NCBI GenBank assembly: GCA_010909165.1
Contig: MU008155.1
Span: 1-64,000 of the forward strand
Direction: 5' to 3'
DNA from: Anthoceros angustus
Taxonomy: Eukaryota; Plantae; Anthocerotophyta
DNA length: 64,000 nucleotides
Under the pieces are notes generated by a model. It saw only the letters and a program-made list of their open reading frames with translations. It was not told the DNA's origin and did no database searches. Below are positions 36,400-47,930 of this stretch, piece by piece (the first letter of the stretch is position 1; every line of letters begins with the position of its first letter). The position numbers and the translations under genes are program-made.

Positions 36400-38990
36400 T
36401 CGTTAAGCCGCACACACCACCACGTTAGGGTCCGTCACGGGACCTTGATCAATCTCTCGGGTCGTGCACCTTAGTGACTCGGGACTCGCGTTAGCAAGGA
36501 CACACTGGTCTACAAAGAGCGTTAACCACCCCAAAGAAAGATGCTTTACTAGAGCCGCCCGCCCTCTTATACTACGCCCAGGGCGTCTTTACACTCCTAT
36601 TACGGTGATGTCCGGCTCGGTGTGCCCCTAACAGCCCTATTTCCCCTAGCCCGCCTATCTCGTGTCGGTGGGGTGGGAGTGCCATGATTCCGCCCGGCGT
36701 TGGTGGCCCAATCACGGTCACGACAATTGCGGCGCGCAATCGGATGATCACAGGCGGGGCCCCTTCCCGAGACCACATCGGTTGAGCTATCGGCGGCGAC
36801 AGCGCGGTAACCAAGTCTTCCTCCTCTCCCCTCTTGACTCCTCAGGTCCTGCCTGGGTCCACGGAGGTTCTCACTGGCGAGTCAGGACCTCGTGGTCGGA
36901 CTCGGGTCCTGAACTCCCCACCCGGAGAACTTCCGGGGTCCGCCACCGGACCCACTTTGTCTTGGGCCTTCCCGGACTTCCCTTTCTCGAACCCCTTGGG
37001 GCCCTCCTCGCTTTCTTCTCGGTGGGTCACGGCTTACCTCATGTCCGATGGTGTCCATCCTGCTCCTCGATGCTCCCTCCCTGCTCTCATCTCCAAACAA
37101 CGCTCCCGAGTCCGGTGGCGCACTATCTCGGGGCCGTCTCGCCCTCCCTTGATCCATCAAGTCCGGTCAATGCGGTGGTTCGGGACCTCCGAGGCCTTGA
37201 GGAGCTCCAGCGTGGTAGTAGGCAAAGTTTGAATTGACTTGTTGAATTGCCTCCGCATATGAGCCGGAGCACCGTGCTCCCTCCTCAAAGGTGCTCGGTG
37301 AGCTGCAGCGTCTTGGTTGGCCTCTGGGCCGTCTCCTAGTGACTCGGGACTCGCGTTAGCAAGGACACACAAGGTCTACAAAGAACGCGTTAACCACCCC
37401 AAAGAAAGATGCTTTACAGAGGCCTCGCCTCTTATACTACGCCCAAGGGCGGCGTCACACTCTATTGATGTCCAGTCTGTGCTAACACGCCCACTATTTC
37501 CCCTAGCCCGCTATCTCGTCGGTGGGGTGGAGTGCCATGATTCGCCCGGCGTTGGTGGCCCAATCCACAGGTCGACAATTGCGGCGCGCAATCGGATGAT
37601 CGCGGCGGCCCCTTCCCTTCCGAGACCGCCAGTGAGCTACACCTGACCGACAACCGCGGTAACCACCAAGTCTTCCTCCTCTCCCCTCTTGACTCATCGG
37701 GTCCTGCCTGGGTCCACGGAGGTTCTCACGGGGAGTCCGGACCTCAGGGTCCGGACTCGCGGGTCCTTGAACTCCCCCACCCAGAGAACTTCCCGGGGGT
37801 CCGTCCTCGCCCACCGGACCCCCGCCTGTCTTGGGCCTTCCCGGACTTCCCTTTCTCTGAACCCCTTGGGGCCCTCCTCGCTTTCTTCTCTGGTGGGGTG
37901 CGGCGGGCTTACCTCATGTCCAGTGGTGTCCGCCGTATCCTGCTCCTCCTGATGCTCCCCCTCCCCGCTGCTGCTCTCATCTCCAAACAACGCTCCCAGT
38001 CCGGTGGCCGCACTATCTCGGGGACGCTCGCCCTCCCTTGATCCATCCGGTCCGGTCAATCTGCCGGGGTGGTTCAGGACCTCAGGCCTTGAGGAGCTCA
38101 AGGTAGTAGGCAAAGTTTGAATTGACTTGTTGAATTGCCTCCGCATATGAGCCGGAGCACCAGTGCTCCCTCCTCAAAGGTGCTCCGGTAGGCTGCAGGC
38201 CGGTTGGCTCCGCCGGGCCGTCCGCCAGGAGCCCGCACCGAGTCTGGCGGAGTCTCGAGGCCGCCAAGGCTGCCTCCGCCACCGTGCGACCTCTGCTGCC
38301 GCCTCCGCTCCTCCGCCGTTGTCGTAGTTCGGCCAACTGCAGCCATGGGCGACGCCCATACGCTTTCCGAACCGGACCAGACCGCTCCTCTCTCAGAGCC
38401 CTCTCTCCACCATCCATCCTTGCTCGGAGGGCCCCCATCTCCTCTCCTCCGGCTCGCCCAGCTCGGCTTCCTCCAGTTCCTCCGCTAAGCGATGTCCGGC
38501 TCCACAGGTCCGCCGTCGACCCTCCTCCACCCTCCAACAGAGCTGGAGTCGCTCGATTTCCCGTTCGTGATCCGCAATTCTCCCCTGAAGGATTCCATTT
38601 CGCCTCCTTCGCTTCCAGTCAGAGCTCGGGGTCTCCTCTTGGTCCTCCGGCTCCGCTCCTCCGCCTTGCAAATGTGCGGAGATCTTCCATCTCCCGGTCT
38701 GGCCTCCTCTCTTCTTCACGGCTTGCCGTGCTTGCTCCGCCCAGCCGCCTTTCGGCCTTCACGTTGGCAGCGGCTGCCTCCGCCTCCCTCCACTAATTTC
38801 GGTCCCAGTAGTGGTCCTCGTCTTCGCCTCGGCCCCTCGGCCTCGCGCCTTCACCCGAGCCTCCCAGGGCTTGGTGTTGCTCTCGAGCTGCCGTCTGGCC
38901 AGTCCCTAGCCCTTTGCCGGGCTTCCTCCGCCTCCTCTTGGGCCTTCCCCGCAAGGTCCTCTATCTTTGCCTCGTCCTCACTTGACTATT
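36400..38990 (-). mobile_element. Gypsy 3' LTR part, PPT and extra-ORF region, same family as 5.5-9.1 kb
   Basis: Homology to 5700-6110, PPT AAGAGGGGAGAGGAGGAAG on the minus strand, and motif EAIQQVNSNFAYY. 36472-37336 is duplicated at 37337-38190. Confidence 0.65.
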
Positions 38991-40978
38991 CACATGAAGG
39001 ATCTTGGCCCGGTCTTGTTGTTGGGGACCTTGCCTCCACTCCGCCGCCCGCTTCTCCTCCTCGATTCTTGCAGGGTCTGCCTTCCTCTTGGCAGGCGCCT
39101 CCGCTGACCACGAGCTCCACCATCAGTCTTGGTGGCCTCTACCTCCTGGGTCTTCTCTAACATTCCAGACCCATGAGACACCATAGCTTCGCATCCTCCC
39201 AAGCGACCATGAGGCATCCTCCACGTGCATGGCCATTTCGGCTCCTTGAGATCTTGCTTGAACTCATGGTGGTTGAGCAATGCATTCTTGGGTTTGGGCA
39301 AGTGACACTCCCGCTACATGACCACATTGTTTGCGGTCAGGCGGCCGTTCGTAGTCACCATTGGCACATCTTGTTGTTGATGACGCTATTCGCATAATGA
39401 CCAAAGCCCCTACAGTTGTAGCACTGAACCACACCCGTTGCTTGGTTAGCAACCCTGGGCACTTGGTTGTTACGAATGCCAGCCCCCATGGAATTTCGCA
39501 GCATCGACGGATGGACAGTCTTGGGGTACTGTTGTCCCTGGGAAACCTCCTGGATCTGGTAGGTATCCTCCACTGGCCAGTCCTCTTCCTCCTCCTCGTA
39601 GGCGAGCATGTGCACCTTGGCCACATGACAGTTGGACTTGGTGTGGCCTGGCTGGCCACAAGTGGAACAAAACAGGTTAGCCCGAGCACTGGATGCAGCT
39701 CTCCTCTTCTCATGCTCCTTCACAGCGTTGAGGTGAAACTTCTCGAATTTGCTCATCATTTCCTCCATCTTCATTTCTTCTTTGTTGCACCTTCTTGACT
39801 GCGACTTGACCTCCTCTTGACTTGTTCCACTTCCTTCTTAGCACTAGCGACCTCTTGTTTAGCCAGCTCCCTTGATCCTCGAGCCTCTGGTTTCTTCTTA
39901 GCGACGTCAACCTTCTTCTTCTTCCGTCTTTCGTCTTGGGGTTTCTTCCTCCGTCTTGCCATCCTCAGGAAGAGTCCTCCAGTCTGAGTCTTGAGAGGAG
40001 TCACTCTCCTCAAGATTCTTCCTCGGACGAAGATCCCTTGTCCTTCTTCCCTCGCTTGGACTTCTTCTTCTTGCTCTTTTCCTTCTTGTGCTTCTTCTTG
40101 TCCAAGGAGTTGGATTCTTCGTAGTTGAGTGCCGCCTTGATGGCCTTGTCTCGTCCTTCTCCGCTTGACCTCACATGTCGGCCCATCTCGGATCTAACCC
40201 CTTAGCAAACCACGAATGGCACATCGTCAGTGAGGACCACTACGATCACGCAAGTTAAAACCTCTCAACATAAGCTTGCAAGGTCTCCTTCCTTCTTCTC
40301 CTCAAAAACTCCAACTTTGACAACACGTAGCCTTCTACATCTATTCCTGAACCTCTCACAAAAGGCTTTCTTGATTCGTTGAAGGTTCTTTGAGTCTTGA
40401 TGCCTTGAGGTACTCCCTCTTGTACCACTTGGCTGGCCCTCCGAAGAACTCCGTAGAAGAGGTGAATCTGCTGATCCCAGTTCACGATTTGCAATGGTTA
40501 GTTGCTCAAAGCGTTCAACAAACTCGTCGGATCTTCATACCCCTTCTTCTCTCCATACGGTGGGTATGGGCAGTAGTTATTGCAAAAGGCTGAAGTCGCC
40601 ATGACGGTCGTCACTATCCCAACAACCGATTGTTGGTCTAGCAGGATCTCTGTTAGCATACTGTCCAAAAGTTCTTTGAGTTCACGAGTGCACAAGTTCG
40701 AGGTCGAAGACAAGGATGGATCGGTCCTAGGCAGCTGTTGCTTCTTGGCTCCTCCCGGTCGTTGCTTCTTTGTGCTCTCCTCGGCTCTCGATGCTGCGCC
40801 GTCCTCGCTCCACGGCAGCGTTGTCTTCTTCTTGAGTCTTCTCTTCACGGTGGAGTCGGAACTTTCGAGACTCAATGGGTAGCATCCATGTATCACACTC
40901 AAGACTCCCAATACACTACTAGACAAGGTTAGTCTACTCTAAGGTCTTGACAACAATGACACTCCCAGCGCGCCAAAA
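38990..40978 (-). mobile_element. Gypsy PBS and frameshifted gag
   Basis: PBS TGGCGCGCTGGG at 40975-40964. YGEKKG gag start and zinc knuckles CSTCGQPGHTKSNC and CYNCRGFGH. Confidence 0.8.
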
Positions 40979-42335
40979 TGTGGGTGATTTTCTAAACCAA
41001 GTGGTCACAAAGAGGCCACATTTACCCTCTTTATCGTTGTAGACTTGAGATTCGTACCCAAGGGGTGATTTCGTGTCAAGACAACCAAAACATAGCCAAT
41101 CCAACCAAACAGACACACCAAACATCTAGCGATTCTGACAGGCTACTATCCTAACAACACTCGGACACTGGCTATCTTAGCCACGCTGACCTGTTGCTAC
41201 CTTAACCAGCAGCGACCGGTTGCTATCTTAGCAACCACCCTCTATTTTAGCAGTGGGGTCCACCTTGGGATCAGTCGGCTATTAATAGAAGGTGGGACCC
41301 ACTTGGGATCCAAGTGGATAAGGTTGGACACCCTCTCTCTTATCTATCCACAAAGTTAGATCCACCAATCGAGTTAGCCACGTGTCACCTTTTCCACACA
41401 CTATTTATGGACAACCTAAGCGGTGGCCCTAACCTAATCTCTAAACCTAAACCTAGGACAACTCACGGCGTAAAGGGTTGACTCACACAAACTACCCCTT
41501 TCTCTTGCGGCACTTCTTGAGACTTCCTTGTCTCTCCTCCTTCGGCTCACCTTCCAAGCTCCATGAGACCTCTCCAGCTCTCACGGCCCCTTGAGGTGCC
41601 TCTGATCCTCCACACTCTCCAAGTTTCCCCAACAACTCTCTTCAACTCTCCTTGTTCTCACACCTCACCGCCCCATTCAATCTCCACTTTCATACTCACG
41701 GCACCTCTCCCGGTCCTTACAAGGTTCTCATCCAGGCCCTTACAGCACTTCACCAACTCTCAAAATACTTGTTCTACCTCCAATCATTCCGTCTCATCCA
41801 CTCACGGGATCTTCAACCTCCACTCAACTCTCTTCTTGACAACACAAACATCACTTACAGACTTCTCCAGTCCTTCTTACTCCTCTCAAACAGCCAATCA
41901 GCAACTCTCCATGTCCAATATTCTCCACTTCTCTCACGGTCCCACAGGTGCCTCTGATCCTCCCACACTCTCCAAGTTTCCCCAACAACTCTCGTCAACT
42001 CTCCTTGTTCTCACACCTCACTGCCCCATTCAATCTCCACTTTCATAGCTCATAGCACCTCTCCAGTCCTTACAAGGTTCTCATCCAGGTCCTTACAGCA
42101 CTTCACCAACTCTCAAAATACTTGTTCAGCTACCTCCCGCAATCATCCCGTCTCATCCACTCACGGGACCTTCAACCCCCACTCACAGCTCTCTTCTTCA
42201 GCAACACAAACATCACTTACAGTCTTCTCCAGTCCTTCTTACTCCTCTCAAACAGCTAATCAGCAACTCTCCATGTCCAATATTCTCCACCTCTCTCACA
42301 GTTCACCTTTCCCCCTCATTTTCCAAACACACACA
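40979..42335 (-). mobile_element. Gypsy LTR including an internal duplication of about 350 bp
   Basis: TGTGTGTG...CACCCACA termini on the minus strand (7/8 inverted repeat). 41594-41945 is repeated at 41946-42300. Confidence 0.75.
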
Positions 42336-43129
42336 TTGAGGCCCCCACTCACTTGACTTTCCTTGACTTCTCCTCCACACACACAGGCTCCCGCCTTGTC
42401 TTCTCCACCCATCGACCTCCAATACCCCAAAACTCAAACACAAGGTGAGTACTAGACAAGCAAGAGAATGAGTAAGAGAATGGACAGCCTCCCGCCTTCA
42501 CAACCCCCTTCCTCTTGACCTTGGGAACTCCCTCCAAGGAGTCCACAAGGCTCCCTCCCCTTGCTTTCCACCACCCTTGCGGATCTGGCCACACAGATCT
42601 TGGCAACTTGGTAGTCTTCTTAGCTCCCCCTGTGACAGAGAAACAGTGTCTAGACTTACAGCACTGGATCTGGTACCCCCCAAAACCCCCGTGCTCAGCC
42701 CCAAACACCGAGACCTTAGGCCAACATTGCTTACATTTCATCAAGAGGGGCTGCCTCTTATACCCAAGATCAGCCCACAAAAGTAGCTTGGCTGCTTGCC
42801 AAAAATACCAATCAGTCTTAGCCTACCAGTCCTAGAGGCATATCTCTTAATTCTCACTAAGAGAGAAGATAAGATTCTGATCTATCTATAGCATGGGCCT
42901 CTGACTATTTGAGGTCACTTATCCCTATTATCTCCTAGGCCTCCTAGGCCTCCTATTATGCTCTCCTCTTGCTCTCCTCCCTCCTACTAGGCTCTAGTAG
43001 ACTTTTCTTATTCCTAACCTACTTCACATTCCAACTCCACGATTCTCACAACTTAAACACAAAACAAAAAAACACTCCTTTTAGAAGTGCAGTACCCATG
43101 TGGTCACCACATACTCCCCTTCTCATTTG

Positions 43130-44916
43130 TTGGCGTCCCGCCAACTTGTAATAATACTTCTTCACGCGCCAACCATTGACCAGTTGTAGGAATCCATCAA
43201 GTTCTTCTTGTATGGATCCATTGTCGAACACTTGCAGCACCCTGTAGGGACCCATCCATCTAAGATGCAGCTTCCCAGGGAAGTGCATGTACCTGTTGTC
43301 ATACAGCAACGCCAAGTCCCCCGGAACAACGTACTCTTGTTTTTGCAACTTCCGGTCATGCCATTCCTTCCTCCTCTCTTGGACGTTCTGTAAGACTGCC
43401 AAGGCTTGTTCCCTATTCTCTACGTGCTGAACAAAGCCTATGAGCCTCTCCAACTGGCTCTCCTCCACCGTCATCCTCTTATGCTCCTGAACTCTCAGCG
43501 TTGGCACTTCAAACTCAATGGGCATGACTGGCGAGTGCCCATAGGTGAGGTAGTAGGGGTCATTGTGTGGTCACCTTCTCCGCTGTCTGTCGCCCTGGCA
43601 GGTGAAGCTTACGGTCCCAATCGTAAGTGTAGGTGATGGTCAACTTGTTGAGGATCCTGCAAAGCAATCCATTAGCTTTCTCTGTGAGTCCATTCGCCTT
43701 GGGGTTGTAGGGGGTGGTCTTCCTGTGGCTAATGTTGAAATACTTCACCATGTGTGAGATCACCTCGTTGATGAAATGGGTACCCCTGTCGCTAACCAGT
43801 TCCAACGGGCACCCGTACCTTGTGATGATGTGCTCGAACAGGAACCTGGCCACCACATTCGCTGTGTCCACAGGCAAGGCTTGAGCTTCCACCATGCGGG
43901 TACAGTAGTCCGTTGCTACCAGAATATATTGATTCTGGCTTCCCGTGGTCTTGGGCTGAATCGGCCCAACGAAGTCAATCCCCCACTTCTCAAAGGGCGC
44001 CAAGGCTAGGATAGGGACCAACGGCCACTGTGTGGTCCTGGTTGGCTTCCCAACCCTTTGACATGCATCACAACGCTTGATGAACTCCCTAGCATCAGCG
44101 TGCAAGGTTGGCCACCAATACCCTGCCTCCAAGATCTTCTTACAGGTCACATTGGCAGCGTAGTGACCTCCAGCCTCCTCCTCATGTAAGGCGCTGAGAA
44201 CCCGGTCCTTTTGACCATCCCTTACCCACAACCTCTCAACTCCATCTGGCCCTACATGCACTTGTCTCGCGCTTAACAAGTGCGGAAGTATAGGAACAAC
44301 CTCATTCTTTGTTGTGGTCCGTTGGTATTTGACATTGCTAAAAGCGAAGACCTCCTCATAGGCTGGCCAAACTTCTCCTCCCCTTCTCATTTGGTCTGTA
44401 CCTCGTTTCCGATCAACTTGGCATTGGGCCTAACACTCTCCTCATCCTCCTCCAGCAAGAAAGCTTCATCCGGAAAATGATCTTCTTGATCACGCTCCAC
44501 CCTCTCCGTCTTCAAGCGAGACAAGTAGTCGGCGTTCACATGCTTCCTCCTCACGTGTCTCCACCGTGAATGTGAACTCTTACAGCAAAGATCCAACGAG
44601 CTATCGGGAGAGGTCCGCCTTGTTGACAAGATGCTTGAGAGCAAAATGGTCAACATGGAACACAAACTCATAGGAGAGGAGATAATGACGAAACTTCCTT
44701 ACTGAATACACCATCCCAAGGGCTTCCCTTTCAGTTGTTGTGTACTTGCGCTCCGCATCGGTGAGTTGCCGTCCAGCGTAATAGATCGGGTAGTCCCTCT
44801 TTTTGTCATCCCGCTGGCTCAAGACTGTACCAATGGCGAAGGCGGAAACATCCACGTACACATGGAACTTCTTGCTCCAGTCCGGTCCCTTGAGGGTCGG
44901 GGCTGTTACCAACGTG
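43130..44916 (-). mobile_element. Gypsy pol remnant: RNase H and integrase (frameshifted)
   Basis: FHVYVDVSAFAIG, YTTTEREALG, HEEEAGGH..CDACQR, WGIDFVGP, LVSDRGTHF, TPYNPKANGLTE and LRWMGPY. Confidence 0.92.
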
Positions 44917-45174
44917 TGATGAAATAGGTCTAGATTAGGGCACTATTCATTAGGGCCTCATAACTTAAACATTATTATCTACCTAGGGTTATTTAGGTAG
45001 TTAGTAGTTATATTAGTTATATTGGTTACAACAACTTACGGTTGCAACTACTTATGGTTGCAACCATTTATGGTTAACCACCCAACTTCTGACCTATTTA
45101 AAGGCTTGTACTTTACTCATTAATTACTTACATTGTTTCTTCTTCTTCTAATCTAAGAGCTCTGATTCTCATCA
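44917..45174 (+). mobile_element. Copia 5' LTR (258 bp)
   Basis: TGATGA...TCATCA termini, followed directly by PBS TGGTATCGAGC at 45175. Confidence 0.88.
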
Positions 45175-47930
45175 TGGTATCGAGCATCGTTGCTCTCTTG
45201 CGCATGCTTATGTTTCTTATATATGAGGAGATTATTTACAAGGCACTCTTAAATCTAGCATTCGTCTAGATGGAGTGCTATTGTTCTACATTCTCTATTT
45301 CACCAATTCTTCATCTCTTCCTTTAACATGCTTATATGTTTCAATCTTCTATAATTTCTCCATGGACTTCAATTCTATTAGAAGGAGAAAGCAGAAGGTT
45401 AAAAGGAAGAGAATCTCATCGAGCAACAAGCTATTGAGAGTGAAATAGAACAAATCTCTTCATCTATAGCAAATTTCATTGCATCAATTTTATTTCCAAA
45501 ACCGGATCAAGGGAAGCTTATCAAGTTATCAAGATGTCATTTACTTGAATACTTCAGCCCTATTCATATTAAAGCTTTGGAATTGGCCTTAACCATATTC
45601 CAAATTTAATAATTGGATTAAGTTCTTCCGTACTCTGTTTTGACAAATAAAAATAAATTCAAACTCCATCTCTTCATGATTTTTATAATCAATTTTCATC
45701 TCTTAAAATTCGGTCTCTAATCTTCAAGCTGAATTATTTTATTTGAAATCAAAATTTTCTTTGCTTTACAGTTTAATACTAATTAAGGATTAGAGAGTAT
45801 GTCATCATCTCCTGCAGTACATGGATGAATTCTATATGTGCAATAAAATTGAGCATAAGCCTTACATGACTTTGTCCTTTAAGGACGATTAGCTATGGCG
45901 GAGTGATTGAAGAAGAATTTGAAGCTACCCAAAACTACTTATGGTAATGATAATGTCCATCCTCCACACATTATCATTTTGGTGATGGTTTCAAAGAGAA
46001 AGATAGATTCAACGGAAAGATTATGATATTTGGGCATTACGTGCGAGGAGCATTGAGACAAAGAGCATTATGGGGTATTGTTGATGGATCCATAACGAGA
46101 CCGAGGTCCGATGATGAGCGAGAACTTGATTTCACGGGGCCTTGAGGATGAGAAGGCACAAGATTTATTAATAAGTGGACTCTCTCAACAAATGGTCGGG
46201 CATGTTGCACACGCAAAAACATCTCATGAAATGTGGTCTCACCTTACTCAATTATATTCATCACAAGATGTAATGAGCATTGTGGCGACTTCTCGTAACT
46301 TTCGTAATTTTATTTATGAAAGAATCCGATACTATCGAACATCATATTAATGCTTTTAGACAAGCACGTTCCCAAGTTGAATCAAGCTGGTGTACCTATA
46401 TCCGAGATGGAAGCTTACGTCACCCTTCTATCTTCATTGCCTCCCTCCTATCGTCCATTCATCACTACTCAAACGCAGCTTATTCGCAATTCACGGAGAA
46501 GCTGCAGATGATGGCACAAAGGGGTTTGACATAAGTGTTTACAGGCGATCGGAGCACTTCTCCGGGAGGAGGCAAGTAGGCGCCATTCTCACTCCGGGCC
46601 TAATAAACAACAAGTAATGTACTTGCGGAGGGTAGAGGAAGAGGCGAGGCGAGGCCGAGGTTACTCTTCCCAACGCCTCCATATTCTTCGCCAATCGAAC
46701 ATTGGAGAAAGCTCTTCATTGACACCTTCAAAGGGTAAGAAGAAGCGCATTATATGCAATTGGTGTAGGATCCCTAATCATATGGAAAAGGATTGTCACA
46801 AAGAAGAATGGTGAACCTCGCAAGGAGGCTTCACATGGAGTTAATGTAGCATCTAAAAAGCAAACTTCATCAACTCCAACAAGTGCTCACCGTATGTTTG
46901 GCATCATCCAAGCACGCTAATACCTCATGGTATTTAGACAGTGGAGCAACATCACATATATGTTACAACAAAAGTTATTTTCAATCATACTCACCAACCA
47001 CAGGGCACCAAGCTGTCCTCTTGGGAGATGATCACAACGCCCTATCGAAGTCTTGGTTACATTGTCTTGACATGTGATTCTGGACAAGTCCTTCACCTCC
47101 ACCAAGTCCTCCATGTTCCATTAATGTGCAAGAATTTATTATCAGTTGCAAGTATTTGTCAAACCCATTCCATGCAGGTGACCCTTTTTACAGATAGTTG
47201 CTTTCTCTCTCATGTAGGTGATAGCAATCATATTATTTGTAGTGGTACTTTAGAAGATGGCCTTTATAGATTGTCTGTCCTAGTAGGAGGTCAACAATCT
47301 GCTTATGTCACCAGTTCTTCTCCCCAAAGTCCCCCTCCATCAATGTTATGGCATTGTCGCCTTGGTCACCCAAATAGTCAAAAACTCACCCAGATGTCTA
47401 AGGAAACTTTTACGAAACCCATGTCTTGCAAATGTTGGGCATTTATCACAGTGCGAAACTTGTGTCCTCACAAAGCGTCACCAAGAGCCTTTTAAAACAA
47501 ATCTCCACAAAGGGCAAAGAAACCTTTAGAGATAGTGCATCTGAGACATCATGGACCTCTATCTACACCTTCTTTTAGTGGAAGTAGGTATTTTTTGACT
47601 TTTATACATGATTTTTCCCGTTTTGTCTCCTCCTATGTCTTGCAACACAAGTCCGATGCTTTTCAATTTTTCAAAGATTATATGAAATGGGCAGAGAGAC
47701 TTACAGATTGCAAACTGAAAACATTACGTTCTGACAATGGAGGTGAATTTACATCGATTTGAGGAGTTTTGTCGAGCAGAAGGTATTGCTCAACAACTCA
47801 CTGTTGTCTATACTCCTCAACAAAATGGGATAGCCGAAAATAAAAATCTGCATTTACAAGAGATAACAGGTTGCTTATTAACACAGGCCAAGTTGCCTAA
47901 GGTTTATTGGGCTGAGGCCCTTCTTAAAAC
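44917..47930 (+). mobile_element. Copia element (LTR-gag-protease-integrase), inserted in Gypsy pol and truncated
   Basis: FNGKDYDIW..LWGIVDG, CNWCRIPNHMEKDC, WYLDSGATSH, LWHCRLGHP, LRSDNGGEF and YTPQQNGIAE; many frameshifts. Confidence 0.92.
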
